The notes below the pieces were generated by a model that saw only the letters and a list, made by a program, of their open reading frames with translations, was not told where the DNA came from and did not search any database. This document shows, in pieces, positions 1-12,300 of a DNA stretch of 37,980 nt. Origin of the DNA: Ionaspis alba (taxonomy: Eukaryota); assembly GCA_964255285.1 (NCBI GenBank), contig CAXUUL010000070.1, positions 1 to 37,980 of the forward strand, read 5' to 3'. The translations under genes were made by a program, and so were the position numbers. Numbering within the stretch: the stretch's first letter is position 1; the number at the start of each line of letters is the position of its first letter.

Positions 1-250
1 AGTATATAGTTAATAGATTATTATTATATCCCACGACAATAGTCTATCTAAAAATTGATTTTAACAGATATCCTTGTACCTTCTATTTTTTATTAAAAAT
101 TACTAATATTATTATTAATTAATTGAATTTATAAAATTATCAAATATATTATAAAATAAAATAAATTGTTTTAAAAATAAATTTTATATCGCGATTTTTT
201 AATATAATCAATAATAATTTGTATTATTGCGAATATTTTATTCTTCGATT
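1..250. repeat. Extremely AT-rich block, probable RIP-degenerated repeat/transposon relic (truncated by window edge)
   Basis: Manual count gives 34 G+C in bases 1-240 (~14% GC), against roughly 50% in the genic remainder. TpA is abundant, CpA is scarce and several CpG are retained. Composition changes abruptly near 250. Confidence 0.55.
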
Positions 251-411
251 ATTGCCATGTGACCCAAACCCCAATAGCATGCCTGCCAAGCACCTAAGTG
301 AAAGCCACCTCAAGATAAGCTCTTGCTACAATTCGACCAATATTTGAGTGTTTTAACAGCTGATACAGGTCGCCGCACTCGCTATTGAGTAGCGGTACTA
401 CGACTTCAGGT

Positions 412-3107
412 TTACTTACCATTGCCCACTACCAACATTGGATCTTTACGGATACTCAACTCCGTTAAGCTGTTTTCGTGGGCAAGACTGAGGCCTTCCT
501 CGTTCGCAAGATGCAGAAGGCATATGAAGCAAAAGCTTGTCGAAATGTCGGCCATCGCCGGCGTAGGATAAACAGTCCGAAGATTGTTTATCACTTCTGT
601 GAACTTCAAATCTTCTTGCCTGCCATAGACGAAGGTGGGCTTTGGATCTGGAGATATAGCCCCAACGGATACAGTCTGTCCAAAGTCATTGAATGTACCA
701 GGGGGGACGAACTTCAGTGATCCTACCTTATCAAAGCCTATGCCCTTCCATAGTTCTTCCTTGAGCCGTCGGACATCAACCTTCTTCGCAACTTTGGCAT
801 AGTGTACGTATTCCGGCCGAAATTTCTTGCTTTGAGTCACCAGTTGGGCCCCGAAAGCACCTCCACGGTTCGTCATCACAGTTGGCGTAGCACCGTCCAC
901 ACCGAGTCTCATAGGATCCGGTGTACAATCATTGGTAGCGGAGAGCCCTTCGGGTACATCGACAAACTCATCGTCGTCGTCTTCTTCTAATGGCTGACCG
1001 CCAAAAGCCATGGCGTCATCCTGGAAAAAATTGGCATCGTATTGCCCAGGCACTGTACCGACTTCCAGAGTATCACTATTGGTGATAATTTCTTGATGAG
1101 CCCAAAACGTTGGACCGAGTACTCTATTGGAGCAATCTTTTCCGTCTCTGGTCGGGGTACTGTCCCAATTACGACCAGACCTACTGGTCGCACTGGCTAA
1201 ACGAGCCTTTGGTTTGAGGAACAATGGTAGGAGTTCTTGGGAACTAAAATGTTTGTCGTCCGGAAGGAGGTTTCTCGTTCTCGAATTCCACTGTGCTTTT
1301 GGTAATGAGATAGAGGACCTTGAGCTGGCTAAAGTGTAGATTAATCCTGCAACTGCGGGATCTAGAGATGAATTGAAGTTGATTTGAAATGGTTCGCGCT
1401 CTTTTCGTTTTGTTGGCATCAACGAAGATGATTTGGCTGTGTCTCTCATTCGCCGGATTCTCCAGTGTTCCGGCCCAGCCCATGTCTTCTTTAAAGCCTT
1501 ATCGAAATAGCTGAGGATGTCTTCATGCCTGTTGATTCCTTGAATTGGTTGCAGCGATATCTCGTAAGACTTTTTAGCCGGATCGAAATTGCCGAATCGA
1601 ACATCTTCTTCGGTTTCTCTGTCGTCTATTTCTCCTACGTACGTGCCATCGTGCATAATATCAGCGTGGTTCAATATAGCTTTTTTTGCCCACGCTTCGC
1701 CACCGTCTCCAAAATCAGCTTCTTTAGGTCCTACAACGTCGGCCAGGACTCCATCGTCGTCATCCTCGAAGCTATTGTCACCATCCAAAAAGAAACCCGA
1801 TTGGTCGCAAATAGAGTGAGTCGTGAGATGGTCACTATGTGATTCCGCGGCCTTCGGAGCTTCAAGAAACGGTATATCGAGCGTACTCAAGGGGTCCCCA
1901 AGGTCGAAACTCTTGAGTGATGGACACAAGTCCATTTCGTCTAAGGAAGTCAGATCGGGAATGAACCTCGAGCGTAAAGCCACCAAATCTAGCCAGTCTT
2001 TATACTCGATCGGAAGATCTTCCTCAACTAAGGAGTCTTGGGAAGCTACTAGAATCTTTCTCTCAGGATCGTCCGTGTAGACCATATCTCTCATAGCATC
2101 ATTTTGACGACCAAGCGATTCGATATTATCACTACTGTCGAAAACAACACGACCGTCAACATCGATTCCAAGATGATTAAGCAGTAGTCCCTTGGCGCCA
2201 CCTTCATCGAAATCTGCAGATGCTTTTTTGAAGAGGGGATCCACGGAAAACTCGAGATCAAATTTCTTGAGGTGTAACGGTGCAAATGAGGGTGCTAGAG
2301 TAGCCTCGGAAGATCTTTGGGCCTGTGTAGATCAGCGTTTTTATCCGAGACAGAGTATCTGAACAAGCACGTACCCTTCTTCTCATGCGTTTTTTGGTAC
2401 CGTCTTCATCTCCTTCCACGCCTTCCCCACCATCCTCGTCCGGCTCTTGCTCTCCTTCTCCACGCTTCTGTCGCTTGTTTCCACTGTCTGCTAAGCCACT
2501 CAACAGCTTGCCCGTTTCTGAGGCAACGCTGTCGACACGGCTGGTGTAGATCTTAACGCATCCATCCAAAGTGCAGCTAGCTTTTTGAAAGTTGACCCCG
2601 TCACCCTCTTTGAGCAGGGACATATCATGAAAATAATCAATCAAGGCGAAGTTCCAAGAATTAGTCGCATTGATCTTGTTGTCCGTAGCCATCTTCATCC
2701 ACTCCTCAAAATTAGCCAATATCGGTACGCGCTTCATCGGTGTCATTGATGTTCCAGCAACGATCAGTCCACCGTCACTACCGCTTTCCACCGTTCGAAG
2801 CTGCCGGTTCTGGGGAGTGCTCAGACCGCTACTGTCGGCACGATCATGGTTGTTTGTAGGGCGAAGCGGAGACGCTGCCGCCTTAATCTGATTCATGTGC
2901 AAATCATGCAAGACTTGGCGTGATTGGAACCGCACAGCTTTCTCTTGACGGTCATCGTTGAGGGGAATCCTGAGGACACACGTCTCGGTCAGCCTGAGCA
3001 ACTGAGGGAGGTTGTACGCAGATTGAAACGTACGTTACGGATTGTTGTTTCTGCGAGGAAACTCCGTCGCCCCGGATCTTGCGTGGAGGATTGGTCACAC
3101 GAGGCAT
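412..3107 (-). CDS. BRN1: Condensin I kleisin subunit (Barren/Brn1/Cnd2/CAP-H)
   Basis: Motifs FEEWMKMATDNKINATNSWNFALIDYFHD, NFQKASCTLDGCVKIYTSRVDSV, DPLFKKASADFDEGGAKGLLLN, WAGPEHW, YAKVAKKVDVRRLKEELW and ISTSFCFICLLHLANE. Exons 3107-3034, 2969-2375, 2322-727, 675-412. GT-AG introns 2970-3033, 2323-2374 and 676-726 (in-frame, 51 nt) all give a consistent reading frame. Confidence 0.95.
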
Positions 3108-3243
3108 TACAGCAATTTGGCGGAGAGCTCGACAATGAATAATTGCACAGGTCCGTAGGGAATGAGTGACTCTGTGACAGATTCATGCAATAGTGTATGG
3201 AGGGTAGGATTGCCACCTAGTGATTTGTTGATCAACATCACCT

Positions 3244-3268
3244 ACGCGTCGGAGAGTCCGGAACGCGA
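3244..3268. promoter_or_regulatory. MCB-like elements (ACGCGT at 3244-3249, ACGCGA at 3263-3268) in the divergent BRN1 / exchanger promoter
   Basis: One exact and one near-exact MluI cell-cycle box lie ~140-160 bp upstream of the condensin ATG. MBF targets in fungi include chromosome-structure genes. Confidence 0.45.
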
Positions 3269-3731
3269 CACCGGTCTCGGTAAATAGTGCACGTATGGCC
3301 AGGCGTTCAGTAATAGTGAGGCATCCCCAGGGCGACTTGATCTGCTGGAGCCTTTGATCATCTGTTGGTTGCTGACCTACGCATAAGTGACTTCGTGTAT
3401 GTACTGCAGTTGGGTCAACCAGCTCCAGATCGGCGCGGCACCGGTAGACTCGTTATCGTACTGCTTGTAATACCATATCCTAGTCCCTGCGTCATATTTT
3501 ACAAAACAGGATGGCTAGAATGCGCACGCTTGGCAGCGGCCTATGCTCTTGCGTAACCCTCTCACCTCCGAAACATCAGATGGATGTGCACAGGAATAGT
3601 AATACTCCCCTCTCGATACGTTACTTCTTCGCAATTCCAAGCCTCAGCTTGTTACTCATCGCCACTCTTCGCGGCATCACGAGAACCCACACTCTACCAC
3701 AATTACAACCACATGAAGATGCTCTCCAACT

Positions 3732-6700
3732 ATGCGCACGACTCCCCCAACCACGCCAGGAATCCAGCCGATGCGACCACGACCGGTCTTGCGACGCAAA
3801 TATTCTGCCCGGGCTTTCTGCATCTCTGTCTTGATCATGTGCTCCCTGGCTTCCTTCACTCTCCTGCTCTCTGGTCAGCATTCTCGGCTGGTTAGGGAGA
3901 GAAGCATTCTGCAACCTTCATCGCCACGCAATATCGACGTGATTGTGGAAAAACACGATGAGGCGGTAAGAGTGACGGCGCGATTGACCCTTTGACCTTT
4001 TAGCAAATGTTCTGACGGACCTTGACTGTAGTGCCGGCTGGTTCACAGCGTAGAGGACCAATGTGCCTTCGTCCGCGCAAACTGCCCAGATGAAGAAGCC
4101 GGCCTTTTCTCGTACCTACAGCTCTACTACTGCAAACTCCCTCGTCTCAAACCGCTTGCCTTCACTATCATGGTTTTATGGCTAAGCCTCCTCTTCAGTA
4201 CCATCGGTATTGCCGCGAGTGACTTCTTCTGCATCAACCTGAGCACGATCGCTGCAGTCCTTGGCATGAGCGAGAGTATGGCTGGCGTTACCTTCCTGGC
4301 CTTTGGCAACGGCAGTCCGGACGTCTTCTCCACCTTCGCCGCGATGAGCACGCATAGCGGGAGCATGGCGGTTGGTGAGCTGATCGGGGCTGCTGGCTTC
4401 ATCACTGCCGTTGTAGCTGGTTCCATGGCCTTGGTCAGACCCTTCCGGGTGGCGCGGAAGAGCTTTGTGAGGGATGTAGGCTTCTTTATCGTTGCCTCTT
4501 CCTTTAGCATGATCTTTCTGGCCGATGGTCATCTGCATTTTTGGGAGTGCGCTGTCATGGTTGCCTTCTACGTCTTCTACGTCGTCACCGTCGTGATTTG
4601 GCATTGGGTATTAGGCCACCGGCGGCGAAGGAAGGATCGCGAGATTGCTGCGCGATCCCAATTCATCGTGACCGATGAAGATGACATCGCCACCGAGCAG
4701 TCCTCGAGCAGTCTATTCCACCAGAGCCGAAGTCGAGGGGCTAGCCGAGGCACGATCGTCGACGACTTTGCGGCTCTGGAGGCGGGCGGATCAGCCTTCG
4801 AGGTTGAGGACGCAGATCAAAACGAGGACGACGAGACACGAGACCGGTGGATGGCTGAGATCAGCAGCAACATGAGACTGAAGCGCCCTCTTATTGGCGA
4901 TCGCCGCAAGACTGCGAATCCGATTAGACCGAGCCTTGTTGGTGCATTAGAGTTCCGGGCAGTTCTGTCATCCTTAAACAAAGTTCGAAATCATCAGAAT
5001 TCCCTCATCAGTCTCCGCAGATACTCGGACGATCCGACTTGTACCCTTGCTCAGCACCAGCACACATTTTCCACTGGGTCTGCTCCCAGGCCTGGTGCCT
5101 CTCCCGTGGACGCGCACACCGTCGTAGCGAGGGATGCTCGGCGCCTTAGCATTCAGCGTGAACACGATGCTAATCGAGTTCGTGCAGTCTCAGCCAACGA
5201 TGCTTCAAGACTACACATGGGATCATTCGCGATACGTGCTGCCACGATTCCCCAAACAGATTTGCTGGGACCAACTCCACCCGGTACGGCTGACTTAAGC
5301 ATACCATCATTCTCCGGAACGAACAGGGCTGGCGAGAATCGTGGCAGCTTGTCCGAACCCCTTTCCCCTAGTGTCTTGGTATCGGCTCCAATCGAACTTG
5401 GTAACCAAGCTTCAAGCCTACTACACTCGCCGAACGGTCCGTTGTCACAACATCTCGCTTCTCCACAGGATGAGGCTCCTGATTCTACAGGTGTCTACCA
5501 GCGTAGCGTGATCGCCGAGGGCTACTTTACGAATTTGCCTGAGCGTTCAACAGCACTGGGCAGCCGTCTTTTACCAGGTACGGCATGCTCTAGTCCGGCC
5601 ACGCCATTCCCACCTTACCACGACGATCCTAATCTCGTTCCCTCCATATCCAGGGTTCCCAGCATACGACTGTCTCCACCCAACATGACCTGTGAACCTC
5701 AATTTCCTGCTCAAGCCTATAATGACCTTCCCCAGAAGCCAATTCGTGGATGGCCTCATAGCGTGCTACCTCAGCCCAAGGTCTTAGCCTCTACTTTATT
5801 CCCGACTCTTTATTCTTGGCGAGACAAAAGCATCGGCGAGAAGATACTGGGTGTTGTCGCTGCCCCCAGTGTATTTCTACTTGCTATCACTCTACCAGTA
5901 GTGGAAAATGAGAAGGGAGAAGACGACGAACCGCCAGACCCTTTTAATCAAGGCTCGAGCCTGCTAGCTCCAGGTGATCTAGTTTCAAGTTCTTCCTTCC
6001 ATACCACCGTGGTTTCATCCCCCAAAGACAATGACCACAAGGTCGCCTACAGAGACTCCGAGAACGTCGACCGAGAGTCAACCTCTAGCAGCCACAATGA
6101 AAACCAGGTAGATGCCGATGCAATGGAGAACAATGCTGTGGACCACAATCATCCCGCCAGCCGACTCGCAGCCCATAATGATCAAATTGGACCGAGAGCG
6201 AACTCCTCGCTCAATGCTGATGGCCACTCAATCAGGCCTTCCAAGCCACCTCCCTCCTCCCCCGAAGATTGGAATCGCTGGCTGGTGTCCACTCAGATCT
6301 TTACAGCTCCTTTCTTCGTCGTCCTCGTTGTCTGGGCTAACAGTGATCCGAATCTTTCAATACGAAATCTGCTTAGATCCGGCCTCTACACTTTGGTTGG
6401 TTCCCTCGTGCTTTTTGCTTTCATGCTCATGACCACGAGCGCCTTTCGGCCACCCAAGTATCGATATTTCTTGTGCTTTTTAGGGTTTGTTGTTAGCATT
6501 GCTTGGATATCGACGATAGCCAATGAGGTCGTTGGAGTCCTCAAAGCCATTGGCGTCATTTTGGGCATTAGTGATGCTATATTGGGTCTCACCATATTTG
6601 CCGTGGGCAACAGTCTTGGAGATTTGGTAGCTGACATTACGGTGGCAAGGTTGGGATATCCTGTAATGGCGCTCAGTGCGTGCTTCGGGGGTCCGATGCT

Positions 6701-7004
6701 CAACATCCTCCTGGGTATCGGGCTTAGCGGGCTCTACATGACGGTTCGTGATAGCAATGGTAGACACGATCGGCATCCGGACCAGTCCATGAAGTACAAG
6801 CCGTATCAGATCGAGGTTCATGGGACTTTGATCATCTCCGGCATTGCGCTGCTCATCACGCTGGTTGGCCTTCTCGTTGTGGTACCTCTGAACAAGTGGG
6901 TGATGGATCGACGCATCGGATGGGGACTCGTGATACTTTGGTGTATAAGTACGATTGGAAATCTAGTCGTCGAGAGCACTGGTTGGAGTGGAGGCCATGG
7001 TTAA
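3732..7004 (+). CDS. Cation/calcium exchanger (Na_Ca_ex, CCX/Ecm27/Ycx1-like)
   Basis: Alpha-1 repeat AGVTFLAFGNGSPDVFS and alpha-2 repeat LGLTIFAVGNSLGDLVAD...ACFGGPMLN flank a long cytosolic loop. Exon 1 3732-3965 (RRKYSARAFCISVLI signal/TM segment), intron 3966-4031, exon 2 begins CRLVHSVEDQCAFVRANC in frame with ORF 4170-7004. Alternative start at 3771. Confidence 0.92.
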
Positions 7005-7331
7005 TATTTGTCGTTGAAGTGGTTTGCGTGTGATAGGATCGTGATCGTAACCGTGAGCGGGGAAGGGCCGTCAAATGCTACCCGTGCGTGATGGAATTGG
7101 ACCTGGAAACATGATTTGAGCGCGTTGCAGTCCGTAAAAATTAAGTGTGTCAGCTGGATCGATAGCTGTCCATCACTACCATCTGTACGACGCAGGAATG
7201 TGATCCGAGGATCAAGTTCCCATTCAGCCCTATCAGTCTCTCGCACCCACACACCATAATCACCTTGATACCCCGATCACCTCTAATCTCGGATAATTGG
7301 AAGTCACCTCTTGCCACTGCCACTCTCCAGC

Positions 7332-8707
7332 ATGCCTGGACCAGCGAGTACACTGCTCATCGAAGGCTCTTTCGAGGAGTTGACTGACGAGCTTGCCCAT
7401 TACATCGACGAGACTAGGAAGAAACAGGGCGAGGGAAGTGCAACTCAAGTCGAAGTCGCCTCATTGCTAGAGCAAGGACAAAAGGATGAGGCACTGAAGA
7501 AATTAGTGACGGCAAGCACTGCTCTCAGCTCCGCTCCGGAGAAAGGTATGTAGAACCTGTTGCAAAAGCAAAACTTGCCCTTCCACTTCTGATCTGCTGA
7601 AACATTCGAGAAGAATTTGTCGCGGCCTACAATCTCCTCGTGCATCTTGTGCGGCAGTCCCCAAATATCGACCGATTCCTTCCCAAAATATGTCAGAACT
7701 TGTCCGCGCCGATTGTATCGTCTCCATCCAACGGCCCAGGTCTTGCACTATCCGTGCTTACCACGATATTCAACATTCTACCCCTAGATAATGATACCCG
7801 CTACCACGTGTTCCTGAACATCCTACGTGTTGTCCGCGTCAGCTCTTCCTTTGATTTACTAAGGCCGCAGCTCAAGAATCTCGACCTGTGGGTGACTGAG
7901 TGGGAGACGGATGAAGAGGATCAGCGCAAGCTGTACCTGAGTATCGCCGAGGTCGCGGAAGATGCTGGTGAAATGGAGCAGGCTTATCAGTACCTCCTAC
8001 GAGCACTCCGAACATTCTCGGCAGAAGAGGTCGGTAGCAAGGCGGCACGGTCATTGTCAGTTAAAGCTCTTAAATCGGCCCTTTCGCATCCCACCCACTT
8101 CGACTTCCAAGACCTCACTGCACTCGATCCTGTCCAGGCACTCCGGAAGTCCGACCCTGTGTACTTCGAATTGCTGGAGATCTTCAACGCAGAGCTTCTG
8201 GACGACTACATCGATTTTAAGGACCAACACGAAGAATGGGTTGAGGAGCAAGGACTGGATGCATCTGTCCTCTACCGGAAGATGCGTCTCTTGACTCTCG
8301 CTTCTCTCGCGGCCTCAACACAGTCGCGATCCTTGCCCTGTCAACAAATTGCAAGAGCCATCCAAGTGCCGTCGGAAGATGTTGAAATGTGGGTAATTGA
8401 CGTTATCCGCGCCGGTCTCGTGGAGGGGAAGTTATCGCAGCTCAATCAAACCTTTTTGATTCATCGGAGTACTTATCGAGTATTCGGAGAAAAGCAGTGG
8501 ACGGAAGTGCAAGGACGACTGGACACATGGAGGAGTAGTCTGGAAGGAGTCCTTGTCATTGTGAGACAGGAGAGGGAAAAGGTCATTCGGGAGAAGGAGA
8601 AGGAGCTAAGGGACATGGAGTCGAAGATGCATATGGCCACAGCCGGCGGAATAGGCATGGGTGGTGGAAGAAGAGCGCAGAGGGACCACGATATAGGTGT
8701 CGACTGA
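7332..8707 (+). CDS. EIF3M: Eukaryotic translation initiation factor 3 subunit M (PCI domain)
   Basis: N-terminus MPGPASTLLIEGSFEELTDELAHYID. PCI domain RKMRLLTLASLA...VEMWVIDVIRAGLVEGKLSQLNQTFLIHRSTYRVFGEKQW. Intron 7546-7613 joins EK-EFVAAYNLLVHL. Confidence 0.93.
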
Positions 8708-9333
8708 ACACTTACTTCAGGTAAGCATGGCAATAACCAAGCTTGGGGCGTTCCGGCGCCAACATCGGTCGCGGGTAGATAGAACGATAGAAGCAATCTG
8801 AAGCACACCGGAATCTATGTATCTGCCAAGGGCAAATTGGCCTCCTTGCTCTGCGGTTCTGACAACAGCTGATGCAAAGATACACAAGATGTTCACTCAG
8901 ATATGCTCAGGCTATCCCAAAAGGCGACAGGTGCATGAGACCAATCCAAAGCAATCTGCGCCGCTCTGTTCCAACCCAAATGCAAGTCTCTGCTGACGAC
9001 AATAATAATAGGGGCCGCACTTATTACATTATTCATCACTCCGTCCTCTTGCTAGTAGAGATTCCCAGCTCTTAGTGTGGTTATAGTGCCTCTGCATGTT
9101 AATGCACGGGCCATATCGTGTAGCACCTTTCCTGCAAGACCCGTCGTACGCAAGCTTGCCAAGGTATTAACCTACAACGATGCAGGGTCAGCAGTACAAT
9201 TAGCATATTTCGTACCCATCGTGAACATATCATCGCGCAAACATTTCCCCGTTCATCACGTCTCCACACGACCTCTTTCGAGTCACAAAGTGGCACAAGC
9301 AAAGCAGCGTAAAACACACTCCTTAAAGCCGAG

Positions 9334-12300
9334 ATGTATTCGACATCTTCCTCTTTCCTCGGCAGCGGCAATAGTAGTCGACCGGGTGCACCCCAATATG
9401 GTCAGCCAGCGATTAGCAGCACGCAAAACCTTCAACAGCCCAACGGATTTCGAGGGCAGCATACAAGCCATGGGGGACCTCCGTTGCAAACGCAGTATGC
9501 TGGCCTTCCCGGTCACAGCCAGCTTAGCCAACAACATGAACCACAACAACCTCAATATACCGGATACTCTCCTGAGAGCCAGCCCTCATTTCAGAGCGCT
9601 GCTAGTCAACAAACAGTGCTACAAAGTAGTCCACAGGCTCTGCCTAATGTACTGTCACAAAGGACGGGGCAAACGTCGACCCAGATTGCACAATCATTTC
9701 AAGGCGTCGGGTCATCCACGCCTGCCTCAAACAAGACTCCTGCAACAGGTGTCAAGATCCCGAAAATTCGACTTTCATTTCTTACCGCACAAGACCAAGC
9801 AAAGTTCGAACAACTCTTCAAATCTGCCGTCGGCGATGGACAAGCTTTGGATGGCATGATGTACCAAGATCCGCTTTCCCAAGCTGCAGGCTAATAGAGT
9901 ACCAGGCGACAAAGTGAGAGACCTCTTAGTTCGATCAAAGTTGCCAGGTAGCGATCTCATGCACATATGGTCGGTCGATCGTATAAGCATGTTCTTTTAT
10001 CTTCTGACAGATCATCTAGGGTGTTGTCGGATACTACGAAATCAGGCCAACTACTCTTTCCTGAATTTGCGCTAGCCATGTATCTTTGTAATCTGAAGCT
10101 GGTTGGTAAAGACTTGCCACCGAGCTTGCCAGAGAGGATTGCGAACGAGGTTTCCAGTATGGTTGACATTATATCCTTTGGAGTGCCGGACGACCGTCCC
10201 CTGGCTGCTCCTCGTAGCAATGCACCAAGTTTTGGCCCACGGCCGCGAGGAACTGGTTCCCCGAAAATTCAGCAGCCACAGCCTCAGTCGTCTAACTCTC
10301 AGCTTTTGACACAGCTAGCAGCCCAGCCAACAGGCTTTGCATCTCAGTACATACCGCCCCAGCCTACTGGCTATCAGCAGCAGCAACAACACCAGACAAT
10401 GGCAGGATTACAAGCCCAGCAGTCCAGCTTTCAACCATCACAACAGACTGGATTGCAGCAGAACCCAGGTATGTCCGGATATGGAGGCCTCACAATGTCT
10501 GTCGCGCCAGTTCCCACGGGAATGAACTCTAACTATACGAAAAGCCAAGTTGGCGGTGGGGTACTTCCTCTCAATGCACAACCAACTGGAAGACCTGGAC
10601 AATGGGGACTGGTCAATGCTCCCGCCACTGGACTTCCCAATATTGAAGCATTGCAACAACGCATGATGCCGCAGCACGGGCGCGAGGGTGGTTACACAAC
10701 GCTGGGTCTGTCTGGCAGCGCCACCGTGCCATGGGCTGTCACCAAGGACGAAAAGAAGATCTACGATCATCTGTTCAAGGCGTGGGATGGCTTCAATAAA
10801 GGGTTTCTCGGTGGCGATGTTGCAATCGAGGTGATGGGACAATCCGGACTAGACAAATCCGACCTGGAAAAGATATGGACTCTCTCAGACCCCGGTAACA
10901 AGGGTAGATTGGACATGGATGAATTTGCAGTCGCCATGCATCTGATATATCGCAGACTTAATGGCTATCCTGTGCCGAATCGACTACCACCTGAGCTCGT
11001 CCCTCCTTCTACCAGGAATTTCGCGCAATCCATAGGGACAGTGAAGTCACTGTTATCTCAAGATGCAGAGTCCCGCAAGAATACAGGTGCATTCCTGCAA
11101 CCTCAGAAAACTGGCGTTAGCTATCTGAAAACTCATTCATTTCGGTCAGAATCTACGAGCAGACCCGGTAGCCGGAAGGATGCAACAGTGTTCCAAAACA
11201 ACGATGACGACGTGGGATATAAATCAAGTGCACGCCGTCGCTTGGGTGGAGGTGGTAGAACGCCTTCACCAAATCAACCGGTGTCTCCAAGATCAGAAAG
11301 CCCTGGTAGTGACCTGTCTATCGACCAATTACGGAAACGAGTTGGGGAAAAAAGGGTCCTACTTGACGCTATCGATTTTAAGGACGAAAACGTGGCCGAA
11401 GAGGACGATGAGCTCGATCGGAAGGATCGCCGCGAAGCCGAGGACCTTTACACCCGAATTCGTCGATTACACGAGGACATTAATAGTCATCCGAATGCAG
11501 TGCTGCGCAACATGGATTCGGAGGCCGAGCGAAGAACTCTGAAGCGCCAACTACAAGGGTCAAGCGATCGTATGCCCGAGCTCGCTTCAAACGTACGTAA
11601 GGTAGAAAGATCTATCGCTGACGTCAAGCTCGAGCTGTTTCGCTTAAGGGATGCGAAGAAGCACCCGCAGAGCGAGTCGAACATTATTGGTACTGGCCCC
11701 GGAGGCTGCATTACGGAAGCTGATCGACTCAAAGCCCGTGCAAAAGCAATGATGGAGCAGCGCTCGGCAACACTGACTGGTAGACCGGGTCCCACCAAAT
11801 CCGACGATGCATTATCATCGGCTTCAAAGCGACTGGAAGAGGAGAAATCCTCGATCACAGCGGAGAAGCAGAACAATGAGCGAATGATTCGGGACGTCGA
11901 AGAGAGTGTAAAAGAATTCTCAAAGGGTCTTGAAGAAAGCCTCAAAGAGGGGATGGGAAGCTCGGCTGAGACGCATGAAAAGCGGCGATGGGAAGATGGA
12001 TTGGGCGTGGAAGATGAGGTCAAAGCATTTATCTTCGAGCTTCAGCGTGCTAGCCATGCTGCAAGCATTCGGCACGAAGAGTTAGAACTTGTTCATACAT
12101 TCTAGGGGACAAAGCTGACATGCCACAGTTCTCATAGAGGGCGCAATGTCGGCAAAGCTCGGGATGCCTCTTCAGAGGCCGGCCAAAGTCGTGACAACAC
12201 CCCAACACGACGCAACAACCCAGCTAGTAGGATGGACAAGGCTCCTCGATCAATCACGAAACCTGGGAATTCCGGGACTTCCACATATTCATCGTACAAG

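Noticed and set aside
9077..9859. 260-aa ORF overlapping the PAN1 start
   Set aside because: It is a GTG-initiated shadow frame over the low-complexity PAN1 exon with no domain similarity.
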